NCBI RefSeq assembly: GCF_000143415.4
Contig: NW_003314418.1
Coordinates: 1-64,000, forward strand
DNA length: 64,000 nucleotides
Source of the DNA: Selaginella moellendorffii
Taxonomy: Eukaryota; Plantae; Lycopodiophyta
Direction: 5' to 3'
A program made the position numbers and the translations under genes. Below the pieces are notes generated by a model. The model was not told the DNA's origin. It saw only the letters and a list, made by a program, of their open reading frames with translations, and did no database searches. Below, one piece after another: positions 37,501-48,192 of this stretch. Position 1 is the stretch's first letter. Every line of letters starts with the position of its first letter.

Positions 37501-39040
37501 AGATTCATCAAAGACTACGCCAAGATTGCAAAACCTATCACTGAACTCCTCAAGAAAAATCAAGTTTACAACTAGACTCAAGATTGTTAAAATGCCTTCA
37601 TCAACCTCAAGAATTCCCTCACCCAAGCTCCAATATTTGCTCAACCAAATTGGAACAAAGACTTCAACATCCAAGTTAACACCTTCAACTATGCCCTCAG
37701 AGCGATCTTTTTGCAACAACAAGAAGATCATAGAGATTGACCAACCTACTACCTACTATGCAAGTCGAAGACTCAACTCAGTTGAAATGAACTACACTAC
37801 AACTGAAAAAAAAACTCTAGCAATGATCTACGCACTCCAGAAGTTTTGATACTACTTACTCGGTAACTTCCTCCACTTTCTCAACAAAACAATTCTCACT
37901 AGCAAAATTGCACAATGGTTCTTACTACTTCAAGAATACAACTTTTAGATCATCTACAAGCCTAGAAGAGAACATGAACACCTAAACCACATTACAATTG
38001 ATGAACAATCGAAACACAACATGGACAACTTTCCTGAATCCAATATCCTTTGAATCCACACATCACCAACCTAGATGGACAACATCTACTACTACCTTAC
38101 AATAGCAAGAATACCAAGTTGATATTCAACCTCCAACAAGCGCAAGCAATTTGTCTTGAGGACAAGACCATATTCAATCGTGGGAAGAAAACTGTACAAA
38201 CAAGGAAGAGACAACATTTTACAAAGATGTGCAAACCCAAAAGAAACACAAGATCTATTTTAAGAAGTCTATTGTGGACAAGTAGGAAAACATTTTGCTG
38301 AAGCAATCACAACTCGAAAAATTTTACAAGCAAGACTTTGGTGGCCAACACTTTGGCACAACTAAGCCAAGTTCTGTAAAAAATGTGACATTTATCAATG
38401 AACCAAGTATGCACTAAAGAAATAAACTCAAGAACTTCATCAAAAAACTCCACTTAAACCTTTTCAATAATGAAGACTTGACTTTGTTGGTCCACCTATG
38501 ACAAGCTCCAAGCAAAACTAATACATTCTAATTGCAATAGACTATATGACAAAATGGGCTAAAGCTCAACCAATAAAGACTGCTATAACAAAGAACATAA
38601 CAAAGTTCATTTATGAAAACATCATCACAAAATATGGCTTACCTTGAGAACTCGTCACTGATCAAGGAACACACTTCATCAATGAAACCATCAAGATTCT
38701 AACTCAAGAATTCACTATCTAGCACAAGGCTTTAACACCGTACTACCCTTAAGGTAACAGTCAAGTAGAGTCTACAAACAAGATACTCATAAACATCCTC
38801 ATGAAAATCGTGAGAATAAATCAGAAAGACTGGGACAATCACATCTATGATGCCCTATAGTCATATCGAACTGCATATAAAGTTTCAACAAATTCGACAC
38901 CATTCAAGCTCACCTACGGCCTTGAAGCTTTGACACCACTTGAGTACATCGTTCCATCATTACGAATGGCAAAACAATACAAAATCAACCAAGAAGAATT
39001 GATCAAAATAAGACTAACCATGCTAGAACAACTTATTGCT
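31533..39040 (+). mobile_element. Degenerate Ty3/gypsy retrotransposon, copy B2, with an internal inversion
   Basis: Gag-like region 34100-34900, protease ~35870, RT (36769-37470; VFMDDFSV), RNase H and integrase to ~39040. Segment 34966-35513 is inverted relative to copy B1. LTR limits not resolved. Confidence 0.85.
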
Positions 39041-39049
39041 AACTGAGAT

Positions 39050-40605
39050 CCTTTGACTATCTCATTTTGAAGCTTTGGAATGCTCAAGGAGTTTTTTCTA
39101 ACTCAGCAAAGATGTTGCTTCATATGCCAAGGCTAACTATTATCAAATAGTTCTTTTGATAGAGTTATGCAATCTCATGTGTGAGACACTACTTTGATGA
39201 TGTCCTATGACTAAGGAGGAACATGAGATGCATGTGAGGCAAAAGTTGCCACTATTGAGGGAGAACAAGCTGTATTCTAAACTGTCAAAGCGTGAGTTCT
39301 TCTTAGAGGAGATCGCCTATCTCAGACATGTGGTGCCATGAGATGGTGTGCAGGAAGATCCTCAAAAGACTCAAATAGTCATTGACAGTGGATTCTGTAA
39401 GAGTGTCCATTGCACCAAGTGCAGGACATCGAGGACATGTGTTCTGGTAGAGACACATTTATTTTGGCTTGGAATGAAGTCAAGTGTTGATAAGTATGTG
39501 CACAATTGCTAGACCGGCCAGGCAGTCACAATGGATTGTCAGAAGCATGAAGGTCTCTACCATAGTTAACCTCAGCGGAAGTAGGATAGCATTTTCTACG
39601 AGTTTCATAGTAGATGCTTCAAGGCAATGATGCTATCTGGGTTATTGTGGATTGTGTGATGATGTTGACTCACTTCTTCCTTGTGAAGACGAATGCTAAG
39701 GCTTTTGACCTTGCTCAGCTGTATTTCTCTATAGGCTGCCTAAGGATGTTGTAAGTGATCGAGATCCCACATTCACTTTGGTGTTTTGGCAAACGGTGTT
39801 CCAAAAGCTTGAGACAAAGCTGAGCATGAGCATCCACAGTCAGATGGACAAACAAAACGAGTTAATTAGGTGCTGGAAGACATGCTGAGATTGTTTGTTG
39901 GTCATCTGAAGAGGCAAGGTATTTGGGAGAAGTACCTGCCTTTGTTAGAGTTTGCTCATAACTGTGCCTTCCATTTGGCTATTGAGATGGCTCTGTTTAT
40001 GGCAATGTATGGCTTTCAACCTCGGTCCCCTGTTGGTATGAACTTGGCTTCTCTTAAGGTGCACCAGGCAAAAGAGTTGGCTGATGAGCATTGTCAGCAC
40101 AAGCAGTTTCAGGTTGGAGACAAGGTTTTCCTTCAGTTGTCTGAAGCTGAGACAACAAGGTAGTTCTAAGTTGTCGCCACAGTACTGTGGGCCTTGGATT
40201 TTTCTCAAACGAGTTGGAGACCTTGCCTATCAACTAGACTTGCCTAGTGGTGTGAAGATTCATCCCGTCTTCTATGTAGGGAGTTGAAGGCATGTTTGCA
40301 TTCTGGTAATATCTTGGACCAGTCTGCCATCAAGATTCCAGAAATAGATGTTTGAAGGTTGGCCCTACTTGTGTGTTATAGCAACGGCTAGCGCGCACAC
40401 ATCGTAAGACTTGGAGAGAGTTACTTGTTCAGTGGAATGGTTATTCTCCATATGATGCTACATGGGAAGCTGAGGATGATGTTGTTTCCTAATTTTGAGT
40501 ATGACTTGGATGACATTCCAGAGGAAGAGGAGAAGTAGTCGCTTGCTCCTATCCTTTCTTTCTTTTCTGACCCCGTTGATGGCTGGAGGTGTTGTGTCAC
40601 GTGAG
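39050..40605 (+). mobile_element. Chromovirus pol fragment (RT remnant, integrase, chromodomain); inverted partner of 17975-19210
   Basis: VLEDMLRLFV...WEKYLPLLEFAHN, LSPQYCGPW, IHPVFYV, ELLVQWNGYSPYDATWEAEDD. Confidence 0.8.
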
Positions 40606-40649
40606 ACAGTTAGTGGGTTTGTTAGCGGATGCTTTGCTAGCTTCTCTCT

Positions 40650-42220
40650 CCTCAGCTACTGTTCATCATAGTTGGAGCAGAGGGAAAAATGTCACCGTAT
40701 TTCGTGATGAACCAGCTGATTCTGGACCTAGGTCTCTAATCAAAGAGCCAAATACAACTGCAAATTTGCATCTGAAGGGGTGTTCAAGCATCTCCACGGG
40801 GTTTTCATTGCATAGAATACACAGAGTTTTGTGAACTGTGAGCCAATCACCAACAGGGATGCTGTCCTGCACAAGAAGCCAGCTTACCTTAGCTTCCACC
40901 AGTGTCTTCCACATGTTCACAATGTACTTCCGATTCTTCAACTTCCGCATAAGCCTGGTGTCAATTTTATCCATCAAAAGCTCTCTGCCATGCTTAAACC
41001 TGTACATAAAAAAAGACACACTGAACTCATTACCTTCCCAGGATAACTGAGCCGGATCCTATATAAGATCAGATTTAGGTACTCCCCAAACTAGTGTATT
41101 GCAGAGCATTCTCCCAGTTGAACCTTAGGATCCAGTTCAGTGTATTTCCCTCTCTGATGTATCGTCCTGATCCTTTTACTGAAGGCCATCCTGGGAACTG
41201 GGACCTCCTTGGGAACTATACATGGAAACAGTGCACCACTGTTATGGGGATAAGAAACAATACCTTGAGGTGATGGGGTTGTTTCCATAACAAAGATGAT
41301 TTGAGTCAAGCATTATCCAATCACGAACCTCGATAACTTCAGTTTGTAAAGCAAGATGAAGGCGATCACAAGCGATGCTGCCTTAAGCTTTGATGTGGAG
41401 TTTTCATCCTGGGTTGTAATGGGTTGTCATGAGGCCATGGGTTTGCTCCAAGCGGACGTTAAACAAATACCTGACTTTACCTTTTTCATTGTATCATACC
41501 TTTTCCACTGCTGAGGAAGAAAAACAAGATCCCAACAAGAACTTTGCTGCAAGTGATGGCTTGCTAGCTCTTTGTAGATCCAATAAGTCTTTGATCGAAG
41601 CTCCCACATTTCTATGCCACCTAGGCCAAAGACCTCTACCCAAGCCTGGAGCTGAACAGTCACCTATATACTGTTGATTACTGTTCTTATGCGCTACGTT
41701 GAAGAACAAGCGATCATCTAATGCCTCTGTCAGATGGTCTGGTTCTTTCTGACTTAACCTGGGTAGGAGTGTGACTTCCATATCTTCAACATCTCTTTTG
41801 CTATTCCATCCTGGACCTTCTTTGTGTTGAGAGGAGCAGTGCCAATCGATTCCTTGTTTCTAGTTACCACCCTGTCTAGGCAAGATCTTCAGTTTCGTGG
41901 ATATAAACCTGACACAAGAACTTTGAAGAGAAGAGCTTGGATTGAATTCCTGGGTGTGGCACATTCTGAATAACTGAATTCCACTCTACTTTTGCCCGGA
42001 CTTTGCACCCGCTGGAGTTTCTAAAGTTTCTACATATGTCGTTGGAGATCAAGTGTTGGTGAGTTATCGGGTGTTGCAGATCCAAGGTTTTTGCTGCGTA
42101 GGTCCTTATCACATCGTCCAACAAGTTGGTCCACAAATCTATGTGGTGACACTCAATGCACAACGTCAAGAGAAGATCCATGTGAAGCGGTTAGCTCTAT
42201 ATTGTGTGCAAACGGATTGA
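40650..42220 (-). mobile_element. LINE ORF2 relic, duplicate of 16330-17930
   Basis: ORF 40666-41019 carries CILCNENPVEMLEHPFRCKFA (zf-RVT-like). Confidence 0.6.
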
Positions 42221-44514
42221 TGTAAGGATTCTACCATATATTCTATGGTAAATATAGATAAACTCAACAAGATTGGAATACACTAGCTTTTTAATAATAA
42301 TAAATTAACAATTTTTAATGTGTATTTATGGAGCCCACAAGAGTAGGAGTGAGGAGTTATCATATTATGAATCCCACAAGATCAAGAGTGAGAGGTGTTT
42401 AATCACATTTTTTATATGCTCCATATGATCCTGACGTCTAGGGATATGAGGGGGGCCCAGGAAAGCTAGAGGAAGGGAAAAAAAGAATTAATTAGAGTGA
42501 AAATGCGAGTTATTGTGAAATTAGAGTATAAATGTGACGAGCTAAGAGTAGCAGCTTAAAAGAGGGAAGTAGGAATGCTCGGATGGAGTCCACCAGGTAG
42601 AAAAGACAAGTCATACCTCAAGCCTCGGATTGCTCCCAACCCCCTGCCTCCACCCGGTTGCCTACTTTAACCAAGCCCCGGACCACCCAGCAGTCTTGGC
42701 GCACAGGGATGACATCAGCCCTAACCTCTTGCTCACTTCTGAGCTTCTCCCCCCTTAAGAAAAAAGGTCTGTTGTTCTCTTGGAGTTCAAGAGGCATCCT
42801 CTTCACCGTCTCCTCTGTTTTTGCTAGCTAGTTAGCTCTTACAAGAAGGAGCACAAGCCAAGTTCAGCTCCATGCTCAGCTCTATCATCTCCTCTTTAAG
42901 ACACCTCACCTCTTTGAGGCCATTCAGAAGAGCTAGCACGCTTCACCTCTAGACGTCCCCCCCCCCCCTTTTTTGCAATTGTCTCTTCAAACTCATCATA
43001 CTTATTTAACTCACCAAACCTTACCAAGCCGAGTGCAGGTTTTGAAACCCCATGAGTCACCTTGGCCAACAATCTTGACGTGCGGATGCGTCCAAACTGC
43101 TGGACCATTTCTCCAGGAGATAACTTATGCTACAACACTCTCCGCTCGACGATCTCAATGTGGAAAGATCCACAAAGCTGTCCCACTCATCATAGTTGTA
43201 GAAGAAATCATCCTCATACTGCATCTGCAACCTTGCTCGAGCCCAAGCCTCCGCCATCACAAGCTTCTCCCTCATCTTGATCAGCTCACACTTGAGGCGG
43301 CAAAACAAGTCCAGGTCCTGAGGAACAACAATGGAATACACCTTTCCCGGGTACCTGTCTCGAAACCTGTGAAAGTACAGTGGACGATGTGGTGTTTCAG
43401 ATCGCAGCGGAATGATAACTTAATGAAAGCAACAAAACCATCGAGCTCGCTCTTTGGGGATCAATTATCATCTCCTCCTTTGAAGCAATGAGCAGCAGGC
43501 CTTGATCGCATCCAGAAGTACTAGTCAGAGATAGTCTGCAAAAGCAAGTTTGACACCAGTTATTTTGGCAACACAGAAGAAAAAGAAGAAAAATAAACTC
43601 AATTTTCAAAATTTATAGAGATCCATACAACCCAAATCAAGATCAATCTTCCACGAACTTAATGCCGCTTTCAGCACCTCCAAGCTCTGCCGAAAAACGT
43701 AGCCACGGTATGCCACAATCGTTCGCTTGAAAATCTGAAGATGTCAATCGAAGCATGCAAGAAAAAATGGACAACAAAGGAGATGAACTGAGCGAGGCCA
43801 AGAACACATATAAGGACTGAATGGAAGCACATGAGGCCTCACGCGGTTTTTTCCTCCATGTGTGGCTTCATGTGCGAAGAGTTTGGTGTGGTAATGTATG
43901 TTGCGGAGCAGCCAGAAGCCCAGGGTGAATATAAGTACGTGAGGCCTTCTGAGGTTTTACCACCGCCCGAGGACTCCTATGCATGGGCCCCAGGCGAGAG
44001 TCATTTGCGAAAGTGTTCTGCATGAAACTGGTGCCCTGAGGTTTCTGGCCGTGTCGCCCCATGAAGAGGATTTTTTATTTAATTTGTGTAGAGTGTGGTT
44101 TATTTTTGCATATTGAGTGTATCAATATCTTTTAGTTAGCAGATTATATTGAAGAACTGAAGACTACCTACAGTTAAGTGCATGCAGCAACAGATTATAT
44201 AAAAAATGAATGCAGAGAATAACAAATCGGGATTTCTAGGAAGTTCGTGCGTGTTGTTAGTAATAATAATAATAATCATAAAAACCTGATGTTCAGCTAG
44301 TTAGAAGATTGTCTGAAAATTATGCATGTACTGATTCTTCAGCTCTTGAGCAACTGATTGCTGCTGGCTCACTTTCTATATATATCAAAGAGACAATAAA
44401 CATCTAAGCTGCTGTAGTTAAGCTGTGACATTGTAAAGTTTAAAAAGGAAAAGAATTAGAAAAAGAAAAAACAGAAAACACAGTTAAGTACTAACAAATC
44501 GGGATTTCTAGGGT

Positions 44515-47500
44515 ATGCGTGCGGCGCTAGGGTTTGTGTGGTGTGTGTCATTTCTCAAAACTCTCATGGAGTGGAAAACGTTTTTCAGGGATCCCACTTT
44601 CTGGTGGGACAACAGGTTCAAGAAGAAAAACAAGTTCTTCTCAGAGTCCTACCCGGATTTCAAACATGTTTCTACCGGAGAGAGCCTGTGGATCGCCAAC
44701 AGGAAAACACCAACCTGGGTCTCTGCAAAACTCGAGTCGCTCGCTGACCCAGCTGTAGGTAAGGCCACCACGGCCCGCTACAAATCTCCACATACCCCAC
44801 CTGTAGCTGGTGATGAACCGGTGAGTTTAGGGAGGCTGATACACCGCGTGAGACACTCAGCTGAGAGCAGATCCCTTTCTTTGGGAAAACAAGCCCATGA
44901 AGCTGTGCTCAAGAGTGATGAGCACAAAAGCAACATCTACTTGTTGACGGGATTGATCGATATGTACTGCAAGTGTGGCGAGCTTGAGGAGGCTCGCAAG
45001 ATTTTCGACTCCATGGGAACCCGGAGTGTTGTGTCCTACAACGCGATCATCCAGGGCTGTGGCTCGAACGGGCAAGCTGAACTCGCTCTGGAGTACTACT
45101 CTGCCCTGAGAGTTGATAACACCATTCAACCCGACGATCGGACTCATGTCGCGGTGATCAGCGCCTGCTCCAGACTTGCTACCGAATCCAGCGAGAAGAG
45201 GGAGAGAGCTCTACGCATCGGGATGGAGATCCATTCAATGCTGAGCAAGGAGAAGAAACAGGTAGATCTGTTCGTGGCGACTTGCCTGGTAGACATGTAC
45301 TGCAAGTGTGGCGAGCTTGAGGAGGCTTGCAAGATTTTCCACTCCATGGGAACTCGGAGTGTTGTCTCCTACAATGCGATCATCCACGGCTGCGGCTCGA
45401 ACGGGCAAGCTGAACTTGCTCTGGAGTACTACTCTGCCCTGAGAGCTGATAACACCATTCAACCTGACGATCGGACTCATGTCGCGGTGATCAGCGCCTG
45501 CTCCACACTTGCTACCGAATCCAGCGAGAAGAGGAAGAGAGCTCTACGCATCGGGATGCAAGTCCATTCAGTACTGAGCAAGGAGAAGAAACATCTAGGT
45601 CTGTTCGTGGCGAATTGCCTGGTAGACATGTACTGCAAGTGTGGTGAGCTTGAGGAGGCTCGCAAGATTTTCCACTCCATGGGAACTCGGAGTGTTGTGT
45701 CCTACACCGCGATCATCCAGGGCTGCAACACGAACAGGCGAGCTGAACTTGCTCTGGAGTACTACTCTGCCCTGAGAGTTGATAACACCATTCAACCCGA
45801 CGATCGGACTCATGTCGCTGTGATCAGCGCCTGCTCCAGACTTGCTACCGAATCCAGCGAGAAGAGGGAGAGAGCTCTATGCATCGGGATGGAGATCCAT
45901 TCAATGCTGAGCAAGGAGAAGAAACAGGTAGATCTGTTCGTGGCGACTTGCCTGGTAGACATGTACTGCAAGTGTGGCGAGCTTGAGGAGGCTCGCAAGA
46001 TTTTCCACTCCATGGGAACTCGGAGTGTTGTCTCCTACAATGCGATCATCCACGGCTGCAACACGAACGGGCAAGCTGAACTTGCTCTGGAGTACTACTC
46101 TGCCCTGAGAGCTTGTACCACCATTCAACCCAACGATCGGACTCATGTCGCTGTGATCAGCGCCTGCTCCAGACTTGCTACCGAATCCAGCGAGAAGAGG
46201 GAGAGAGCTCTACGCATCGGGATGGAGATCCATTCAATGCTGAGCAAGGAGAAGAAACAGGTAGATCTGTTCGTGGCGAATTACCTGGTAGACATGTACT
46301 GCAAGTGTGGCGAGCTTGAGGAGGCTCGCAAGATTTTCCACTCCATGGGAACTCGGAGTGTTGTGTCCTACACCGCGATCATCCAGGGCTGCAACACGAA
46401 CGGGCGAGCTGAACTTGCTCTGGAGTACTACTCTGCCCTGAGAGTTGATAACACCATTCAACCCGACGATCGGACTCATGTCGCGGTGATCAGCGCCTGC
46501 TCCAGACTTGCTACCGAATCCAGCGAGAAGAGGGAGAGAGCTCTACGCATCGGGATGGAGATCCATTCAATGCTGAGCAAGGAGAAGAAACAGGTAGATC
46601 TGTTCGTGGTGACTTGCCTGGTAGACATGTACTGCAAGTGTGGCGAGCTTGAGGAGGCTCGCAAGATTTTCCACTCCATGGGAACTCGGAGTGTTGTGTC
46701 CTACACCGCGATCATCCAGGGCTGCAACACGAACGGGCGAGCTGAACTTGCTCTGGAGTACTACTCTGCCCTGAGAGTTGATAACACCATTCAACCCGAC
46801 GATCAGACTCATGTCGCGGTGATCAGCGCCTGCTCCACACTTGCTACCGAATCCAGTGAGAAGAGGGAGAGAGCTCTACGCATCGGGATGGAGATCCATT
46901 CAATGCTGAGCAAGGAGAAGAAACAGCTAGATCTGTTTGTGGCGAATTGCCTGGTAGACATGTACTGCAAATGTGGCGAGCTTGAGGAGGCTCGCAAGAT
47001 TTTCCACTCCATGGGAACTCGGAGTGTTGTCTCCTACAATGCGATCATCCAGGGCTGCAACACGAACGGGCGAGCTGAACTTGCTCTGGAGTACTACTCT
47101 GCCCTGAGAGCTGATAACACCATTCAAGCTGATGCTTGGACCTACACCTGCGTCCTTGTTGCTTGCGGGAGTGTGATGGCGATCAAGCTCGGGAGGGAGA
47201 TTCACCAGCTGGTGAAGCATAAAGGGCTGCTGAAAAACAATCCAGTTCTGGGCTCCAGCCTGGTGAGCTTCTACGGCAAATGCGGTGATGTTGATTCTGC
47301 TCAGGAAGCGTTTGACGAGTGCCGAGCTCGGGACGACACGGGTCTCTGGAACTCTCTCATACAGGCTTACACTCTCCAGGGCCGATCGATCGAGGCCTTG
47401 GAGCGTTTCTATTCCATGACTCAGGAGGAGGGCTGTAAAGCTGACGATGTGAGTTTTGTTTCGGTGTTGAACGCTTGCAGCCATGGTGGTCTGGTCGGGA

Positions 47501-48192
47501 AAGGAAGGCAGCTTCTGGATGAAATGCCCAAGCAGTATGGAGTCAAGCCACGTCTGGAGCATTATGTGTGCCTGATCGATATGCTCGGGCGAGCTAACCT
47601 CCTCGACGAAGCTGTGAGAGTTCTCAGAGCCATGCCTTTTGAACCGGATGCAGTGGTTTGGACGTCCCTGCTCGGAGCCTGCCGGAAGTGGAAGAATTAC
47701 ACGATCGGCAAACTCGCGTTTGAGCGTCTTGTGGAGATGGATCCCAAGAGCGGCACGCCCTACGCATTGATGGCCAATATATTTGGAAACCTGGGGATGC
47801 TCAGTGAAAGGGCCGCTGTTGTGGAGAGAATGAGAGGTGAAGGCAGCTTCAGGGAGCCCGGGAGAAGCTGGTGGACGGATGTTTGCTCAGGAAAAGTGCA
47901 TTCTTTTTCTGTCGAGGATAGGAGTCACTCACAGAGTGACGAGATTGCGGCCAAGCTCAAGCAATTGTTGCTGAGAATGAAAGAGGAGGGGTATGCGAGC
48001 GATGTGATCAACGTTCTAAAAGACATACCCGAGGAAGAGAAAGAGGATCACCTGTGCGGCCACAGTGAGAAGCTTGCGCTGGGGTGTGCTCTGGTGAACT
48101 CGCACCAGAAGGAGACCATCAGAATTGTGAAAAATCTCCGAGTTTGTGACGATTGCCATGCGGCCACTTCTCTAAGCTGGAAAAAAGGCTAA
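44515..48192 (+). CDS. 1225-aa intronless PLS-class PPR protein with N-terminal OSB-type PDF motif and E1-E2-DYW deaminase (C-terminal tail frameshifted; ancestral stop 48261-48263)
   Basis: PDF motif aa20-76 (WKTFFRDPTFWWDNR...YPDFKHVSTGESLWI...TPTWV); ~6.6 x 111-aa S-P-L triplets; P2-L2-S2-E1-E2; PG box EPGRSWW; HSEKLA (48061); CDDCH (48145-48159). A 7-bp deletion after 48168 truncates the tail. Confidence 0.92.
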   Translation: MRAALGFVWCVSFLKTLMEWKTFFRDPTFWWDNRFKKKNKFFSESYPDFKHVSTGESLWIANRKTPTWVSAKLESLADPAVGKATTARYKSPHTPPVAGDEPVSLGRLIHRVRHSAESRSLSLGKQAHEAVLKSDEHKSNIYLLTGLIDMYCKCGELEEARKIFDSMGTRSVVSYNAIIQGCGSNGQAELALEYYSALRVDNTIQPDDRTHVAVISACSRLATESSEKRERALRIGMEIHSMLSKEKKQVDLFVATCLVDMYCKCGELEEACKIFHSMGTRSVVSYNAIIHGCGSNGQAELALEYYSALRADNTIQPDDRTHVAVISACSTLATESSEKRKRALRIGMQVHSVLSKEKKHLGLFVANCLVDMYCKCGELEEARKIFHSMGTRSVVSYTAIIQGCNTNRRAELALEYYSALRVDNTIQPDDRTHVAVISACSRLATESSEKRERALCIGMEIHSMLSKEKKQVDLFVATCLVDMYCKCGELEEARKIFHSMGTRSVVSYNAIIHGCNTNGQAELALEYYSALRACTTIQPNDRTHVAVISACSRLATESSEKRERALRIGMEIHSMLSKEKKQVDLFVANYLVDMYCKCGELEEARKIFHSMGTRSVVSYTAIIQGCNTNGRAELALEYYSALRVDNTIQPDDRTHVAVISACSRLATESSEKRERALRIGMEIHSMLSKEKKQVDLFVVTCLVDMYCKCGELEEARKIFHSMGTRSVVSYTAIIQGCNTNGRAELALEYYSALRVDNTIQPDDQTHVAVISACSTLATESSEKRERALRIGMEIHSMLSKEKKQLDLFVANCLVDMYCKCGELEEARKIFHSMGTRSVVSYNAIIQGCNTNGRAELALEYYSALRADNTIQADAWTYTCVLVACGSVMAIKLGREIHQLVKHKGLLKNNPVLGSSLVSFYGKCGDVDSAQEAFDECRARDDTGLWNSLIQAYTLQGRSIEALERFYSMTQEEGCKADDVSFVSVLNACSHGGLVGKGRQLLDEMPKQYGVKPRLEHYVCLIDMLGRANLLDEAVRVLRAMPFEPDAVVWTSLLGACRKWKNYTIGKLAFERLVEMDPKSGTPYALMANIFGNLGMLSERAAVVERMRGEGSFREPGRSWWTDVCSGKVHSFSVEDRSHSQSDEIAAKLKQLLLRMKEEGYASDVINVLKDIPEEEKEDHLCGHSEKLALGCALVNSHQKETIRIVKNLRVCDDCHAATSLSWKKG
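44935..47130 (+). repeat. Tandem array of 333-bp near-identical units (PLS triplets)
   Basis: Unit starts at 44935, 45268, 45601, 45934, 46267, 46600 and 46933. Confidence 0.97.

Noticed and set aside
36769-38900. Apparent sense-strand G>A hypermutation (D>N, G>R/E, W>stop) as deaminase editing of retroelement cDNA
   Set aside because: C>T changes such as CGA>TGA are also frequent and other TEs here decay similarly, so methylcytosine deamination suffices. A strand and context count against a consensus would be needed.
44935-47130. CRISPR-like or satellite array
   Set aside because: Units are in-frame PPR coding repeats with no unique spacers; the context is eukaryotic.
44857-47562. Repeated minus-strand ORFs (MEWKILRASSS..., MSPIVGLNG...)
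   Set aside because: Antisense shadows of the 333-bp PPR repeats.
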